Shown piece after piece: positions 1 to 13,920 of a stretch of 64,000 bases of DNA. The notes beneath the pieces were generated by a model. The model had not been told where the DNA came from. It saw only the letters and a list, made by a program, of their open reading frames with translations, and searched no databases. Made by a program: the position numbers and the translations under genes. Position 1 is the first letter of the stretch; every line of letters starts with the position of its first letter. The stretch is from Balanoglossus misakiensis (taxonomy: Eukaryota > Animalia > Hemichordata): contig CM082597.2 in assembly GCA_040954595.2 (NCBI GenBank), positions 1,656,886-1,720,885 on the forward strand. Reading direction: 5' to 3'.

Positions 1-447
1 TTGGAAATGCGGTCCCCCACGAAGATGAACAGTTCCAGGCTTTTCTTGTTCCGTTTGCCAAGCAAATACGAGGAGAGGGAAGCCAAACGCCGAGACTTCT
101 CCAAAACGCACGCACCAACATGGCCGCGGCAGATTTTCTACGTGGCCATGGATACAAGATCGGAACGCACCTCGCATTGTACCGAAAGACTTGTGGCAGC
201 ATTCACTGGCATTGACCCAAAGATTATAGCTGACAAATTATTAAGCTACTTGAAAGCAAAAAATTCATGTATCGATAGGTACTTGAAGATATAAATCCGT
301 GTAGGCTCTCTAACCAGGGTGCAGAGACTGGGCTTGCTTGCCCAAATATTAGTTTGGATATGTCAGAACATAGAGGTCGGACGAAAGGAATTTGAGTGTA
401 GCTAGACACAAGCAGCACCACAGACTGTCTATGGGTGCACCATAGAC

Positions 448-465
448 CATGGAAGTACCTCCATG
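448..465. mobile_element. Micro-palindrome with 7-bp flanking repeat (putative P-superfamily footprint), nested in a similar palindrome
   Basis: CATGGAAGTACCTCCATG is flanked by catagac (441-447) and tatagac (466-472). The surrounding catagac-gtacgtggtacgtccatg (to 490) and cacagactgtctatg (419-433) are also near-palindromes with CA..TG ends. Confidence 0.5.
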
Positions 466-1213
466 TATAGACGTACGTGGTACGTCCATGGTTTCGCATA
501 CCCCCACGTTGTATGCAAGACGATAGGCTTGTTTCCATACCCAGTGTGTGAGTCTATCTAAAACACGCTGGGTATGCATGGATACCAGGCTAGCAAGACG
601 ACCGAGAGGCTATGTGTCTACAACAATGCAAATTGATTTGTGTGGTAGGAAAACTAACAAAAGCAATTATCAAAAGAGAAACCAAATAAAACATAGCATG
701 CAACGACAGACAATCACATTGTAATAGCACAATAACCATTTTTACCTTGAAATTTATTCAGAAACGTGTATTACAGGAGCTATGTATGATTGTTTATGAG
801 CCTTTATGTCAGATGCCTCAGTTGCTGAAAAACAACAAACAAGATTGTTTTAAATCCTGGTAAATGTGGCATGAATGGTTTAAGATTAGAAGAGGGCAGA
901 AACAGACAGAAGACGACAATTGCGAACAAAATTATGGGGGCACACACAGTTCCCCTTTTGTACTCTTGACAAGCTTAAGTGATGTTTTTATTCGCTTTGT
1001 TGATCAAAACGTAAGGCAAAAAGGTAAGGGTGTGTCTGCGCATGGGCAGTTCCCACCCCCAGCGTTGAATTCTCGTCTTGACACATGTGACAGTAGATAT
1101 ATGCTGGCTTGTCCATTGAATTTTGCACAAACAGTACTGTTTATGATTCTAGGCACGGAGTAATGTTTATGTTCTAGGGTCTTGTTTAGTCCCGGTGACG
1201 TCCTTGTTGAACC

Positions 1214-1243
1214 CATAGAGGTACTCTCTCTAGTACCTCCATG
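1214..1243. mobile_element. Micro-palindrome with exact 7-bp flanking repeat (putative P-superfamily footprint)
   Basis: CATAGAGGTACT-ctctct-AGTACCTCCATG (arms match 11/12), flanked by ttgaacc at 1207-1213 and 1244-1250. Confidence 0.65.
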
Positions 1244-3527
1244 TTGAACCATACGGACACAATAATGTATTATCTGGAAGAAAGGCTGATCAACATGACG
1301 ACAGGTTTGACACAAAGGCTGGGAATCGCAAGTCCCGCCCACATGGGAGCAGTACCGTCGCGTAGCCTTGGTATCATCACATTTCCGTGTTGATCATCTC
1401 TCCACGCGACCGTGCTCTTCTAAAGGTGTATTCTCCAGCCAGCCACTGACAGGTAGGTGGGGACTGATTCCACTCGGAAGAACTGTGTGAAGTACGAACA
1501 TACGGCCCCATATCTTAATCCTTTCATTGTTAGAAATTAATGAGTTCCGCGGTAATTTAAGAAAACATGCGTTTTATCTTATTCTCACTGACCAATACAG
1601 TACCATACCAAGGTATAACGTTCATGAATACTTCTGCCAGTGGCTTATGGTGGAAATTTGTCTTAAAGTTATACATTTTAGTTATATTTCTCGTGCTAAA
1701 ACTTAGTTGTCTAGTGTTCAGCATCAAGCTATCCCTGCATTCAACTGCTGCCAGTCACCAGGGTACGCGAAGAGTCAAAATGGGTAAACGTTTGGACGGT
1801 TACATAACATTCACGATGTACACAAATCAATAAACAAGTACAAATGTACATGTACTGACACGCAAAGAACCTTATATAACGTTTTGCATTATTTTCATGA
1901 TTATATTTTCCAACTTAGATTGGTACATCTAAATAAGCTTACTGATAGGTATACATGAACACCTTATCGATGCCCGATTGTGACTGCATGTTGCCATTTG
2001 AACACACTATGTATTAAACTGGTGCCGCACCGATTTAAATCAACCTCCATACAAATAGTGTATCCGTCGCCAAAAGATGACAAACGCAAATGCAAGTAAT
2101 GTGGCTTACTAATGGTGAGGAGACAGTCTAACCGCGTGAGAAGGGATATAAACGTGCGACTGTTCACGGATTCGTTTCTCTGGGGGAAAAACGCTCAAAC
2201 ATGCTTCAATGGAAGAAACAATCGCTGATCAAAAACGCCCGAAGTCAATTCGTTTCAAATCGTGTATAGCATTATTAATTTCAGTGTGACCAAAGCAACC
2301 CCTTTTAGTTGGGTCGGAGAGGTCACTCGTGAAGTTGCTACTATTACGTTATGCGAGTAACAAGAAAACGTTTATGGAATACACAAATAGTTACTGTCTA
2401 TGCTTGAGGTTGCAAGACACGTCACCGCTATGGTGTAGGTATTTGTAGTATGTGCTTCTTTGGGGGAGATCTAAATGTATCCAAGGTCCTATGCCTTCAC
2501 AGTTTTGCCGCAAAGGCGTGCGCCGTTTTTCGTGTATTCTTGAGATTCTAGTTGGCGCCGTTTTCATATATGTCCCGCATGTCTTTCCAGAAATAAATTT
2601 GCTTCATGCTCCACCGAATTTCATAAATGCGAGTACATGTACACCCAACTAGAACGACAAGGACATTCACGTGAACGATACCAATTTGCTAATGGCTTGG
2701 CACGCAAACCTACCGAAATTTACTTTTCCAAATAAGAACACAAAATCAAACAAGATGACGTAATCTCAGTTTGGTTGCTGGTTCCACTGTACACAGTCCT
2801 TCAAGAAGTCTTTCTTGGGGGACTGTGCACTGTCCAAAGAGACCCTACCAAGAAATATTCCGTCTTTAACGTCTACTTACATTCAGATAACCAAAGTATG
2901 TCGCGACCACAGACGACCGTTTTTGAATGTCCAATGTCATTTATTGAGTTTCAAGGAAAGTGAACAAGATCAATCCCCTTTCGCAGATTCCGCATACTAA
3001 TCACAGGAAGTCATTATCGGATTTGACATGTACATTATGTAATACGTGATTATTGTATTAATGTGAGATCTAAAAATTCTGTAAAATGAATATTTAATGT
3101 TCCATGATAATTAAAAGCATCGTGTTTGCTGTTAAAGTGAAAGCTGCGCTAGATCGACAATGAAGTCATTTGTAAATGGCCAAAATCGCCTAGCTATTGG
3201 GTGTCGACGGTCTGAACTGCACATGTGCGAGTTTTCTGTTTATGAACCACGCTATCAGCATTGTTTCCACTGCTAAGGGAGACCCTGCCAACCAAAACAT
3301 GTTATGTCACATTGTTTGTCATGGTGTGTTACATGGTATTAAACAACCACATTGTTAGCAATGGGAACATGAACCATACCCGCAGGCGCAGAGGCGACGA
3401 CACCCACCCTTTAATCATCTCTCAGTTTCGTCACATCTTCATGAATCCAAACTCCGTTTCCAGTTCTTTGAAATATTTCGTATTCATTCAGTTTACAGCT
3501 GACAAATGAGTTGACCTCAATACCGTC

Positions 3528-5500
3528 ATGGACGTGGCATCGCCAGGACAACTCCAGCGGGTTCACGTGACAAAACCGAAACTATTTTTGTTCTTGATCA
3601 TCGCAGCCTCTTTTGTCTTCGGAGTGATTATGCTAAACACTACTTTAGTGCAAACGACGCATCCTTTACCAGCCGTCGTGCATATTTGCCAGACTGTAAG
3701 TATTTTACTGTTTACTGCTTCAGTGTTAGATATAGCTCTGAGTATCATTGATGCTGATGTAGTTTAGTGGCGATGACAACGACCAAGGTGGTGGTGGTGG
3801 TGTTGATGATGTTCACAACGACGACGAAATAATAGATGATGCTGGCAGCCGTGGTGGAATACTGCTCAAATTGTGAAAATATAGTAATGGTTCAAACTTA
3901 AGTTTTCACAGGTAACCTGGCTTGGTCTGAAATAAGCCAAAAGTTACTGCTGCTTTGGGTAGCTGAATCTTCTTGTCTTTGTATTGTATTTTATTTTATT
4001 TCATTTTATTTTGTTACAATTTAGGTTTGGATGTCAAGGAACAGAACAAAGTCAATGCTTGAACATCATTACCGTACAGGTCGTTCTGAGCAACTGTGCA
4101 ACATGACCAGCTACCCAGAGTATTTTATGTTGGACAAGTCAAACGGATTAGCCAAACAAAATGGCGACATGGTCCTGGAAGCCTGTCTGGAGCATAACCT
4201 AACTATTTACGCCTTCAACGGCAACTGTGAGCTAGTGACGTGTGAGCCTTGGGTTGATATGTACGGGAGACTTGTTGGACCGAATTTGGAACGGTACCCG
4301 AGGACCAGAGAGTATAATTTGTACTTCAACAAAGCTCGAGTGTCTTACATAGGTTACGGAATGTTCAATGTGACCATCCCAGCCCTGGACAGTGGACGAT
4401 ATATGTTGGAAGTTCTGTTGGCTCATAACGAGTCTGCAAGACACGATCTTCTCACCACGCTCGCTGAAGTCCAGTGTTTGGACACGCCCATTTTGAACAC
4501 GCCCCTTTCGATCGAATTCGTAAACCTGGGTCGATGTGATGCAAAGACAAAGAAGACGCCGCTATGTAGATCGGGTGCAGAGCCAGGTCGTTGGGTGACG
4601 GTGCCAAAACGTGGATGTGACGGGGTAGTGTGTGAGGGCGATATCAACGTCCTCGCCAGTTCACGACGAGTGTGGGCGCCATATGATTGCCACTACAGAA
4701 TTTTCAACGCTGAGGACATCGAAAAATGCGCGGCAGGGAAGAATGTGTTGTTTATCGGAGATTCCCTAGCACTAGAGCTAGTCAATGAATTTGCGCAGGT
4801 ATATTACAGTGGGCCATCTGGCCGACTTATGGTAGAAAAAGAATTGGATGAATTACATGTAAGGCTCGCTAAGGGGAGAGGGCGTCCGAGTTGGATAAGT
4901 ACATTAGGCAAACACGGAAATGGCGGCAAAGTTGGGTTCTATTTCATCATGGGTGACCCACATGGCTGCGGAGTGGAATGTGTGACAAGACTTTCCACAA
5001 AGCAACTCCAGAGGACGCTGCTACCTTATGGTAAACTGGACTTGTTAGTGTCGGTACTGGGTATACACGACGCCACACCGAGAGAAGAGTACATTTTTAA
5101 ATTTGACGTGTTCGAAAAATACCAAAGGCTTTTGCCGACATTCTACCAGAAAACGCAGTCCCTGCTCAATGAAAATGCTAGCGCCACCAACGTCTGGATA
5201 AACATTCCTGAGCCAGGCGACACGGCCAGGTGCGACTTCTGTAACAAACCCAAACTCGCCGGCATGAACCATATTACAGAAACCTTCGCCAGGAATAAAT
5301 CAGACATAAAATTGGTTGATTTTTTCTCCCTGACAGAGGGGTGCCAATGTGGAAACATTCACAAAGGAATTCGGTTCTTCAAAGGCAAGAAAGCAACTAA
5401 TAAATACAATGGTTTTACGTCGCGTATGGCGCTACATATTGCGCTGACGCTATTCTGTGAAAATGACTTCGCGGAGGCGGGTGGAGACCCCTTCAGTTGA
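3528..5500 (+). CDS. NXPE/PC-esterase-like SGNH type II membrane protein, paralog 1; join(3528..3695,4025..5500), ~547 aa
   Basis: Exon 1 encodes a signal anchor (LFLFLIIAASFVFGVIML). Donor ACT/gtaagt at 3696 and acceptor ttttgttacaatttag at 4024 are in phase 0 with ORF 4031..5500. Motifs PGRWV..C....C, WAPYDCHY, VLFIGDS, GIHD, CQCGNIHKG. Confidence 0.88.
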
Positions 5501-6611
5501 CAACACACATAGAACATACAGTATATTTGTAGTTTTCCTATCAAACAATACATTTTTAGAGAATGTGCAGTCTTAGGTAATCCGTATATTTAGTTTTGCT
5601 TTCATGTTTTAAACTTTTTTTATTTTTATACTTTATGTCGGACCCCATGGTAGATTATAACCTTATAGGGGTCTTTACCCCCGTTTGAGTATGTAAATGA
5701 GAAACTTTTAATGTGAAAATAAATAAATAAATAAATAAATATACAGAGTGTTTCACCCTGCAGGCATACTTTCGCCGTCAGTGAAAGAAAATTCAAATGA
5801 GCAATTATGTAATCTCACCTGACTCACGAACAGAATACATGTAAATGTACTAGGAGAGGTCACAACATTGGAACGGGGCCGTGCAGTCAGCCAAATAACG
5901 GGGAAAAAACACATCAACCGCCTTGATATATCGTGCTCCAGGCCAAGATGTGAACGGCACCGCGTTTGACAAAAAACCTGATGTTTGAAAGGACCTTTGA
6001 ATGAAGTTGAATAGCCGCTCACTGCAGCTGGAAGACTACGAAGCAGGTAAATATTCATTCATCGTGTCTGCCATTGCTAATGTTTATTCCGTATACAAAA
6101 TAGTACATGTATGTGTGGTGGGATTAAAGTGTGGCGAACTGGACGGCATGTGTTTCTGGTCGTTCCAGTATCGTCTGCGTACGATTTTTCAGTCTCAGGG
6201 GCAAAACCAAATTCCCATGCACGCCATTTCCTATTTATTTCACGGAAAACTGCGGCTTTGATAAATAGGGGGAAATGAATTGAAAGGCCTTCATCGGGTT
6301 CATTCAACCATGGAGATGTTTGCCGCAAAGTGAAGAAGAACTGTGCCGAATATGGCGACTGTTCGGCTTTGTGTACGCGACCTCCCAAGGTCGGGAAGTG
6401 TCTTGAATTTCTGTCTGACTGTCTCTCTCTGTCTGTCTGTCTGTCTCTGTCTCTCGATCTCTCTGTCCCCTCTCTCTCCCCCATCCCCCCCCCCCATTAT
6501 TCCTCTGAACTTGCTCTGGACATCTTCGAACACGTCCCAAATCCGATTACTGAATTTCATTTCTTTTTCAGGACAAACTAACAAACAATTAGAAAGGAAA
6601 AGACCATCATA

Positions 6612-8456
6612 ATGATCGGAGACAGACTTTCTAATCGGACACAGAGGGCTCTCGCCACAATCTCATTCCTTACAATAGTGTTTATATTCCTCGCGGTACG
6701 AACTTTGAATGACACCAAATCGTTGCGGAAGCTACCAAAACCGCCTTCGGTAAGTGGGAATATTTTATTTATGGTCAAGTGGAAGAAAGACTCCATTCAT
6801 TCATTCATTCATTCATTCATTCATTCATTCATTCATTCATTCATTCATTCATTCATTCATTCATTCATTCATTCATTCATTCATTCATTCATTCGAATTT
6901 ACTCTGTACGCTTAATTGACATGCAATGAATATGTTCTGAAATACATTCTCCTTTTCTTCAGCCTTGCCAGGTTGCTGCGGGTAAATATTTCAGTCACCA
7001 CAGAAATGTGTCAGTGGTATCGACGGAACAGACACAAGCTGACAGAAACGAGACTTTCTGCACATGGAGTCAATACCCAGATTGCTTCGTGCTTGATGTG
7101 CACGGCACTGAAATGCTGGAGGAAGGCCTAGCCTTGCAAGCATGCCAGGAAACATACTTAACGATTCACGCCATTAAGAAACAAAATGGCCGACACGTCC
7201 ATTGCGAACCCTGGGTGGATATCTACGCCAGGCTTGTTGGACCAGACTTGGAGCATTATCCTCGCCCCAAGGAATTTAATCTTTATTTTAATAAAGTGAG
7301 TGTAGTCTACTCTGGGCGGGGTTTGTTCACTGTGACAATACCGCCTGTAGAAAGCGGTCGATATATGTTAGATATTTTGTTGGTTCACCAAGAGAACGCC
7401 AAGATGGAGCTCTTGACGACGATCAATACGGTTCGATGTCTCGACCAGCCAGTCGTGAATTCGCCCTCGTATTTGACAGTCCTCGACACTGGACTGTGCA
7501 CGAAACCTGCGCAGACGCCATTATGTACCACGGGGAATGTCCCAGGCCGTTGGGTGACCGTGCCAGAAAGTGGGTGTGATGGCTCAACATGTGAGGGCGA
7601 CATTAACATTCTATCCAGCAGCCGTCGTGTATGGGCGCCCTACAACTGTCACTACAAATTATTCGGACCTGAAGAAATGAAAACGTGCTTAGCTGGAAAG
7701 ACGACCCTTCTTCTGGGCGACTCACTGACCGAGGAGATGGCCAACGAACTTATACAAATATACCGTTTTAATAAAACGCATGGACTAGTAGGCAAAGTGG
7801 AGCTCAAAAGTGAAGGTACATGGCTCGGAAAACCACGCTTGACATCATGGCGTCGTTTGGAACACGGCATCAAAATTGGATTCAGCTTCGTGTTTGGGGT
7901 CCCGCTCGGATGCGGACTAGAGTGTTTCACGAGGAAAAATAAGGGGAATCTGACCAGTGCCTACAATGTGCCGAAAAAAATCGACCTTCTTATCGTCCTC
8001 CCTGGTATTCACGACGCAACTCCGAGGCAGGGAAAGAATTTCAACGTCTTCGAAAAATACGCTAAGCAGCTGCCGTTGTTCTATGACAAAGTCAAGCACA
8101 TTTTGTCGTCCGCTGGCACGGTAATATGGTCGAACATTCCGGAGAGCAGCGATAAAGCTCGCTGCGACTTCAATTCGAAACCAAAGCTTGGCGCCATCAA
8201 CAGAATCACAGAAGACTTTGTGGGTGAACATCCGGGAATGAAGTTTATTGATTACTTTGGCGTCTCAGAAGGCTGTCAGTGTGGCGATCTTCACAAGGGA
8301 ATACGATTTTTCCAGCAGAGGGAGTCCAATGTGACATACAACGGGTTTTTATCGCGCATGGCGGTTCACATGGCGCTGACGATGTACTGCCATGGAGACT
8401 CGTCGCATGGCGGCGGCACACAAGAACTTCTTGCAAAGATCTACAGTGTTGAGTGA
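6612..8456 (+). CDS. NXPE/PC-esterase-like SGNH type II membrane protein, paralog 2; join(6612..6749,6963..8456), ~543 aa
   Basis: TM segment ALATISFLTIVFIFLAV. Donor TCG/gtaagt at 6750 and acceptor ccttttcttcag at 6962, phase 0 (alternative in-frame AG at 6971). Motifs LLLGDS, GIHD, CQCGDLHKG; colinear with paralog 1. Confidence 0.88.
6794..6894. repeat. (CATT)n microsatellite, ~25 perfect units, in the intron of paralog 2
   Basis: Directly visible. Confidence 0.98.
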
Positions 8457-11354
8457 TGAAATTCCCGGAGGTTTATGACGCAGAACACTCAATTTCGATG
8501 ACTTCACATGGAAGGGGGTGAACACAAGCTATTCAAAGCTAAAGTGTCAAAAAAAATAAGTTTCAGAGTTTATTTTGTTCTAAAATAATGTAAATCCCTT
8601 TAAATCGGTGGACACTGATGCACAGAAAACCTACAAAAACTTAAGATTTTGTTTTTTTTGGAAAAATCCAAGAATTTGTGGCATAGGCCTTAGTTTAATT
8701 ATAATACTTATTTTTAATTTCAAAATGTTTGAAACTGCCAAACAAGATACTGAAATCTATTAAGGTTATGAAGTTTATCTTTTACAGTTTAAGATTTGTT
8801 CAAAAGGAATAACTATGATTTTCTTTTTATTGACGAACTTGAGTCGTCTGCATCGATATGATTTATGTTTTGTTCTTGTTGAACTTGATCAGAATTCTGA
8901 TAGTAATATGTACTGTTTATTTTTACGTTATTATTGAAATACATTTGGACAGAAAAATAAGTTGTTTGTTATTTGTGACCCCCCCCCCCCCAACACAACA
9001 AACAAACCCAGAGCGCCATCACGGGATTAAACTTTTCACGGTAGCTGCTATATATATCTATACAATGTACACGTATATCACTATTTATAACATTAGGCTA
9101 AACGATGTAAAAGTATTCATGTGTAATGTCCATGTGAATTCTCTGGGTACCTTAAATAGGTTTTCAATTTGTGCTTATTAAGGTTTAGAAATTAGCATTA
9201 ATTTATACACAGCAAACCCACAAACACATGCACGTCATAATTGTTTATAAAATGTGCGGCGACCTAAATGTATTTTCACATTGCCGTATGGCACGGCCGT
9301 GACAAAAACATAAACATACGCGCTGAAGATATAAATTATTGTCGGCACGTTTTATCTGATAACGTATGTCAGTGTTCTATTGGTGGTTAATCGACAAGTA
9401 TATGTAAAGTACTCGAACCTACGACCCACGGCCCTAAATTGCCCAGCAAAGAGTTAACGCTCCGTGATGAATAATAATTAATTTACTTATTAATGAGTTC
9501 AACAGCTGATTTCGAGTTGATTTTGTATGACCAATTTCAATCAACCAGCCGAATTGTGCTGTTCAAATTTGTGCGACAGTGTGAGACGGACCCTTGCACG
9601 TGACGTTGGATCCGGTACTTTGTGAGTTTGCGCAGAACACACGTCACGGTCGGTCGTCGGCAAGTGCATAAATTAGTACAAGCTGGCCAGTGAAGGAACG
9701 ACAGGGTCAGTTATGGACCGTCCTGTTCTTGGAAGGATGCTGACGTTTTTATTGAGAAAATGAAGAACATCATTGCTTGTAAACGTAAGTGATTTGTGTC
9801 TTTACGTGTGAGAGTTCGTATCGCGTATTATTTTCTGAAGTAGTAGATGAGGGCCCTGGGCTTGGGCTGTTTTGTGAAGATAGAACAGAAGCAGGGAGGC
9901 CACTTGTAAGTTTATATGCGGTATGGGAGTGGTCAATGACATGAAAACCCGTTCTCATTAGCTCTGCGTGGCAGGGCAGTGTTGTCTCAAGTTGTTATTT
10001 CAAGTGTTTGTTGTTGCCGACTACGACTCTGGTTTGTGGCTCGCCTGTCACGTCAATGCACGCAGATCGGCAGATGTACATTCTCACGACCCAACTAAAT
10101 TTTTCCGCTTCAGCTGAAAACTGTCTGTAGCTCGAGGAAGGGGGGGGGGGGGGCGGCTTTGGCGGTATTGTCGTCCAAACCGGCAATATTATCATAGAGC
10201 TAGATCTTTCAAAGCCCTACTGTACTGATGTGACGTGAGTGTGGCCCCGGCCATGGGTAAATCAGACTCGTGATCTGGGTGGTACTGCATAATCGATAAA
10301 ATCTAACACAGGATGCTGAAATGTGGCACAGACAATACAGTGGCGACGACAAAGGAAAAAATCAACATTTTTTGGTGAAAAAAATGTTAAAACTGCATTA
10401 GTGAGTACATCATGGCATAAGATATTTCAGTTGTACAGAAAACATACCCCCATCTGGCATCTGTGACAGTAAATCATTGTCGACGTATGTACAATGTAGC
10501 TAGGTCGACAATGTGATTCTTGCGCATGTACTAGTCAGAGGTTATAGTCATTTAAAGCTGTACACTGTCAACAGCTGTGTGTAAATAACTTGGATAATAT
10601 ACTATAAGTACATATTCTTTGCAGTAACAACTGATCACACATGTTTTGTTTTTTTAAAACAGTGAACATGAAGTAAAAACAATGCCAGTAGTCATGAGTC
10701 ACTCAATATGTCGGTCACCGGCTGGTGATTGTAACAGGATTTAACCCTTCAGCGCGTCCTTGTCAACAATAGCCGTATCCTACTGATTATTCTAATGGTA
10801 GTGGCCATATGCAGTTATAATATTACAATACTGCATCTAATTTTGGATCTTTTCATTGAACATAAGCTTAGCTCTAGCTGTCTTGCCTGTATACAGTATA
10901 GTTTATTACTGGTAGCGAGATGATTTTATGTGAAGCCCACTTCTATTTTTTTCCCAAATGCTGTAACTACAAAACAACATGTATCTATATAATATCGAAA
11001 TTCACAGAAAGCCAACAATATGCATATATGTACATTATTTTTTCATGGTTATTCATTAGTTTATTTTTTTTTCCAATTTATTATGTTGGCAATGATGTAA
11101 TGATTCATGGTTCATCAAAATTACAATGTACAAAAAAATAAAGTACAAAAAATTACCGTCCCTGTTCAAGTGACATGTACATTAATTGACCTGTTTATAA
11201 AGACCACCAGTCGGTAAAGGCCAGGAAACGCCCTTGATTGGCCATTAAAAACAGATTTGACTATTTTTAAGTTAACCAACCGGTATTTTTTTCTCTATCT
11301 CCAGAATAATACTGATTTGATGTGACTGTAGATATCTTTCTGGATGCTGTCGCC

Positions 11355-13347
11355 ATGGTGGGAGATTCATCACGCTTAGAGAAAGTGTCACCAATCTCTG
11401 GAAAACGTGGTTGGAAAGTTGCAGTAATTGCAGTGTGTTTTCTGTCGGTGTGTTTAGTTCTGCTGTATCGACCCATATACGTTAACAATGTTCAAACGTT
11501 CCATGGAGCAGGACAATGGTTCAATGTAAGTAGTTTGTTTAGGTATATCATAACGCGTTCATATAATTAGCCCCCTTCCATCCTTACCCCTGACACCAGC
11601 ATGGTTTGGTCCGAATCCATTATTTTCTAAGGTGAAGTTAGATCTCTAAAGAGGGAACAGGTTTGTGTATCAATCCAGCCCAGTGATTGTACAGGTCAGG
11701 AATCACTACTATGTACACTGCAGATTATTCTGTACATGTAGCCAATTTCTTTTGTTTTATTTTTGTTTTAATTTCATTTTTCAGAACATATCATGGACAT
11801 TACCATTTTCGAGTTCAGATGCTGTAGCCAATGGCAGCCTTAATGTAGTAAATAATCACTTAACCGGACAAAATAAATCTTCAGGCAGCGTCCAGATTCT
11901 GCATTTCGAAAGCACCAGCTCCAGAAATGCTTCAGATTCGATCAGTGCGGAAACCGTTATATCAACAACGGTCGGATATGCACCTTCACATCTCTGCAGT
12001 GTGGAGGAGTATCCACAGAGTTTTGTTTTGGACACTGCGGACAAAGCGAAGAAAGGAAACAATGTCGTTTTGAAGGCCTGTAAGCCGGAGATATTGACAG
12101 TGAGAGCCTTAGATGGATTTGGAGAAAATGTGAATTGTGAGCCGTGGGTAGATATGTATGGCAGGATAGTGGGGCCAGATTTGGCCAGTTACCCGCGATC
12201 GAAGGAGTACAGTTTATTCTTTAACAAAGTTGAGGTGTCTTACACTCACGGTGGTAATTTCGCCGTCCACCTGCCGCCTCTTGAGCCGGGCGAGTATCGT
12301 CTTGAGATTTTGCTTGTCCACAAGGAGTCTGTGAGGGAGCTTGTGTATAGCACACGACAGAAGATTCCGTGTCTGGACACACCATTGGTGAATACCCCAA
12401 CAGCAATTGTCGCCATCGATAAAGGACATTGTGCGAAGAAACCCAAAACAACTCCTCTCTGTACATCAGGGGAAGCACCTGGCCGATGGGTTACTGTGCC
12501 TGAAAGTGGCTGCGATGGGGCGTTGTGTGAGGGCGATATCAATATCCTGACCAGTTCTCGTCGAGTATGGGCACCGTACGATTGCCACTACAAATTATTC
12601 AACTCGCAAGACTTCAGTCAGTGCTTTGCAGGGAAGAAAGTGTTGTTTATTGGCGATTCCATCACGGAGGAATTAACCAATGAGATCTTGCAGATCTACT
12701 ATTACACGCCGTCGAATCCCCCTTTGATGAAAAGCAGCATGGTTAAACAAAACAAATGGGTTGGCAGACCGACACACTGGTCGCCATCGTTACAGGGCGG
12801 CAGTCGAGTTGGCTTCAGCTTCGTCATGGCAACGCCGCTAGGATGTGGAATCAGTTGCGTCACGGATAAAAGCGACAGCCAATTGGAACGGCTTCTGACG
12901 CCGTACGGAAAAGTCGACCTGTTGGTGTTACTGACCGGGTTACACGACACATGTCCGAGATCGGCACCAGAATACTTTGATGTCTTTGGCACTTACAAGA
13001 ACAAACTACCCCTTTTTGAATCGAAAATACGTAAGCTCGTCGCGAAAGATGGTCGGATAGTTTGGATCAATTCTCCCGAAGGAAGCGATACCTCCCGCTG
13101 CGATTATCTGTCGAAGCCGCGCCTTCAAAGAATGAATGGCCTCACCAAAGACTTTCTGAGCACCCGGAAAGATATTTCACTTTTGGATTATTTCGGTATT
13201 TCCGGGAGCTGCTACTGTGGCAACATCCATAAAGGAATACGATTTTTCACCAGCAGTGATGCGAAGAAAAGCTACAATGGATTCGTTTCTCGTATGGTGG
13301 CGCACATCATTTTGAACTCGTACTGCAACTCGTCAACAGGGACGTGA
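11355..13347 (+). CDS. NXPE/PC-esterase-like SGNH type II membrane protein, paralog 3; join(11355..11525,11785..13347), ~577 aa
   Basis: Kozak-like gccATGG start; TM VAVIAVCFLSVCLVLLY. Donor AAT/gtaagt at 11526 and acceptor ttcatttttcag at 11784, phase 0. Long S/T/N-rich stem; motifs VLFIGDS, GLHD, CYCGNIHKG. Confidence 0.9.
11590..11660. repeat. Interspersed repeat fragment (piggyBac-type MITE-like), second copy at ~40408-40476
   Basis: The two loci share gtcc-aa..catt-ttttcta-ggt...gttaga[t/c]ctctaaagagggaac. The 40.4 kb copy ends in gaaagggTTAA, the terminus-plus-TTAA pattern typical of piggyBac elements. Confidence 0.55.
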
Positions 13348-13920
13348 AAACTTTTGCGAATTTTTTAAAGCCCAAACACTAAACAAGAATTCACCTTAAT
13401 ATGTTTTAAAATACCTTTGCACAATTTAAATAACACAAAACTTATTTTATTATCAGAAATCGCGCTGTCTGCCAAGAAGACAGAATGCAACCAAGATGAA
13501 TTTTCGTGTTCGTCATTATTTATTTACTGTACTTTTAACTTGCCGTATTGGAATATTTTAGCCGAAATGTGGAAGACATGTATATGTTTTCAGACTTGCC
13601 TACTCCGTACATGTATATGTATGTTTTAGACTTGCCTAATCTTAGAGACATTTATGTTTTTAAAAAGACAAAGTTAGCCTGTATTCATTTTAACTGATCA
13701 TACATTTTTAAATAAATATGTAACAAACATAATGTTCAATTGTCATGTCTTTTCTCTGTGTGGACGGAAATGTCTGTCAGTATATAAGCTCAAATCGGAC
13801 ACTAACCCCAGGACACCAGATCCACAATCACAGTAATTTTAGAAGCAAAGCGGACAAAATATGGCTAGTTACTAGACAACAATCACAGAAGCTATATACT
13901 GGTAATGTAGTATGTCTGTG

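Noticed and set aside
1-294. 97-aa ORF at the window start
   Set aside because: No recognisable domain or splice support, and it is truncated by the window edge.
6077-6612. Several overlapping ORFs (RDRQTDR / LSVCLS)
   Set aside because: Translation of a (CTGT)/(CT) low-complexity tract.
6750-6929. HSFI-repeat tail of ORF 6612..6929
   Set aside because: Read-through into the intron's (CATT)n microsatellite.
9410-9430. tRNA B-box-like ctcgaacctacgacc on the minus strand
   Set aside because: No cloverleaf can be formed; at most a SINE remnant.
10475-10513. CAT..ATG inverted repeat (12/13) as another footprint
   Set aside because: No flanking direct repeat, so it was not counted; likewise the candidates near 34473 and 48356.
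11665-11784. ORF-track N-termini of paralog 3 (also 19103-19168 and 23062-23076)
   Set aside because: Intronic polypyrimidine sequence upstream of clear splice acceptors.
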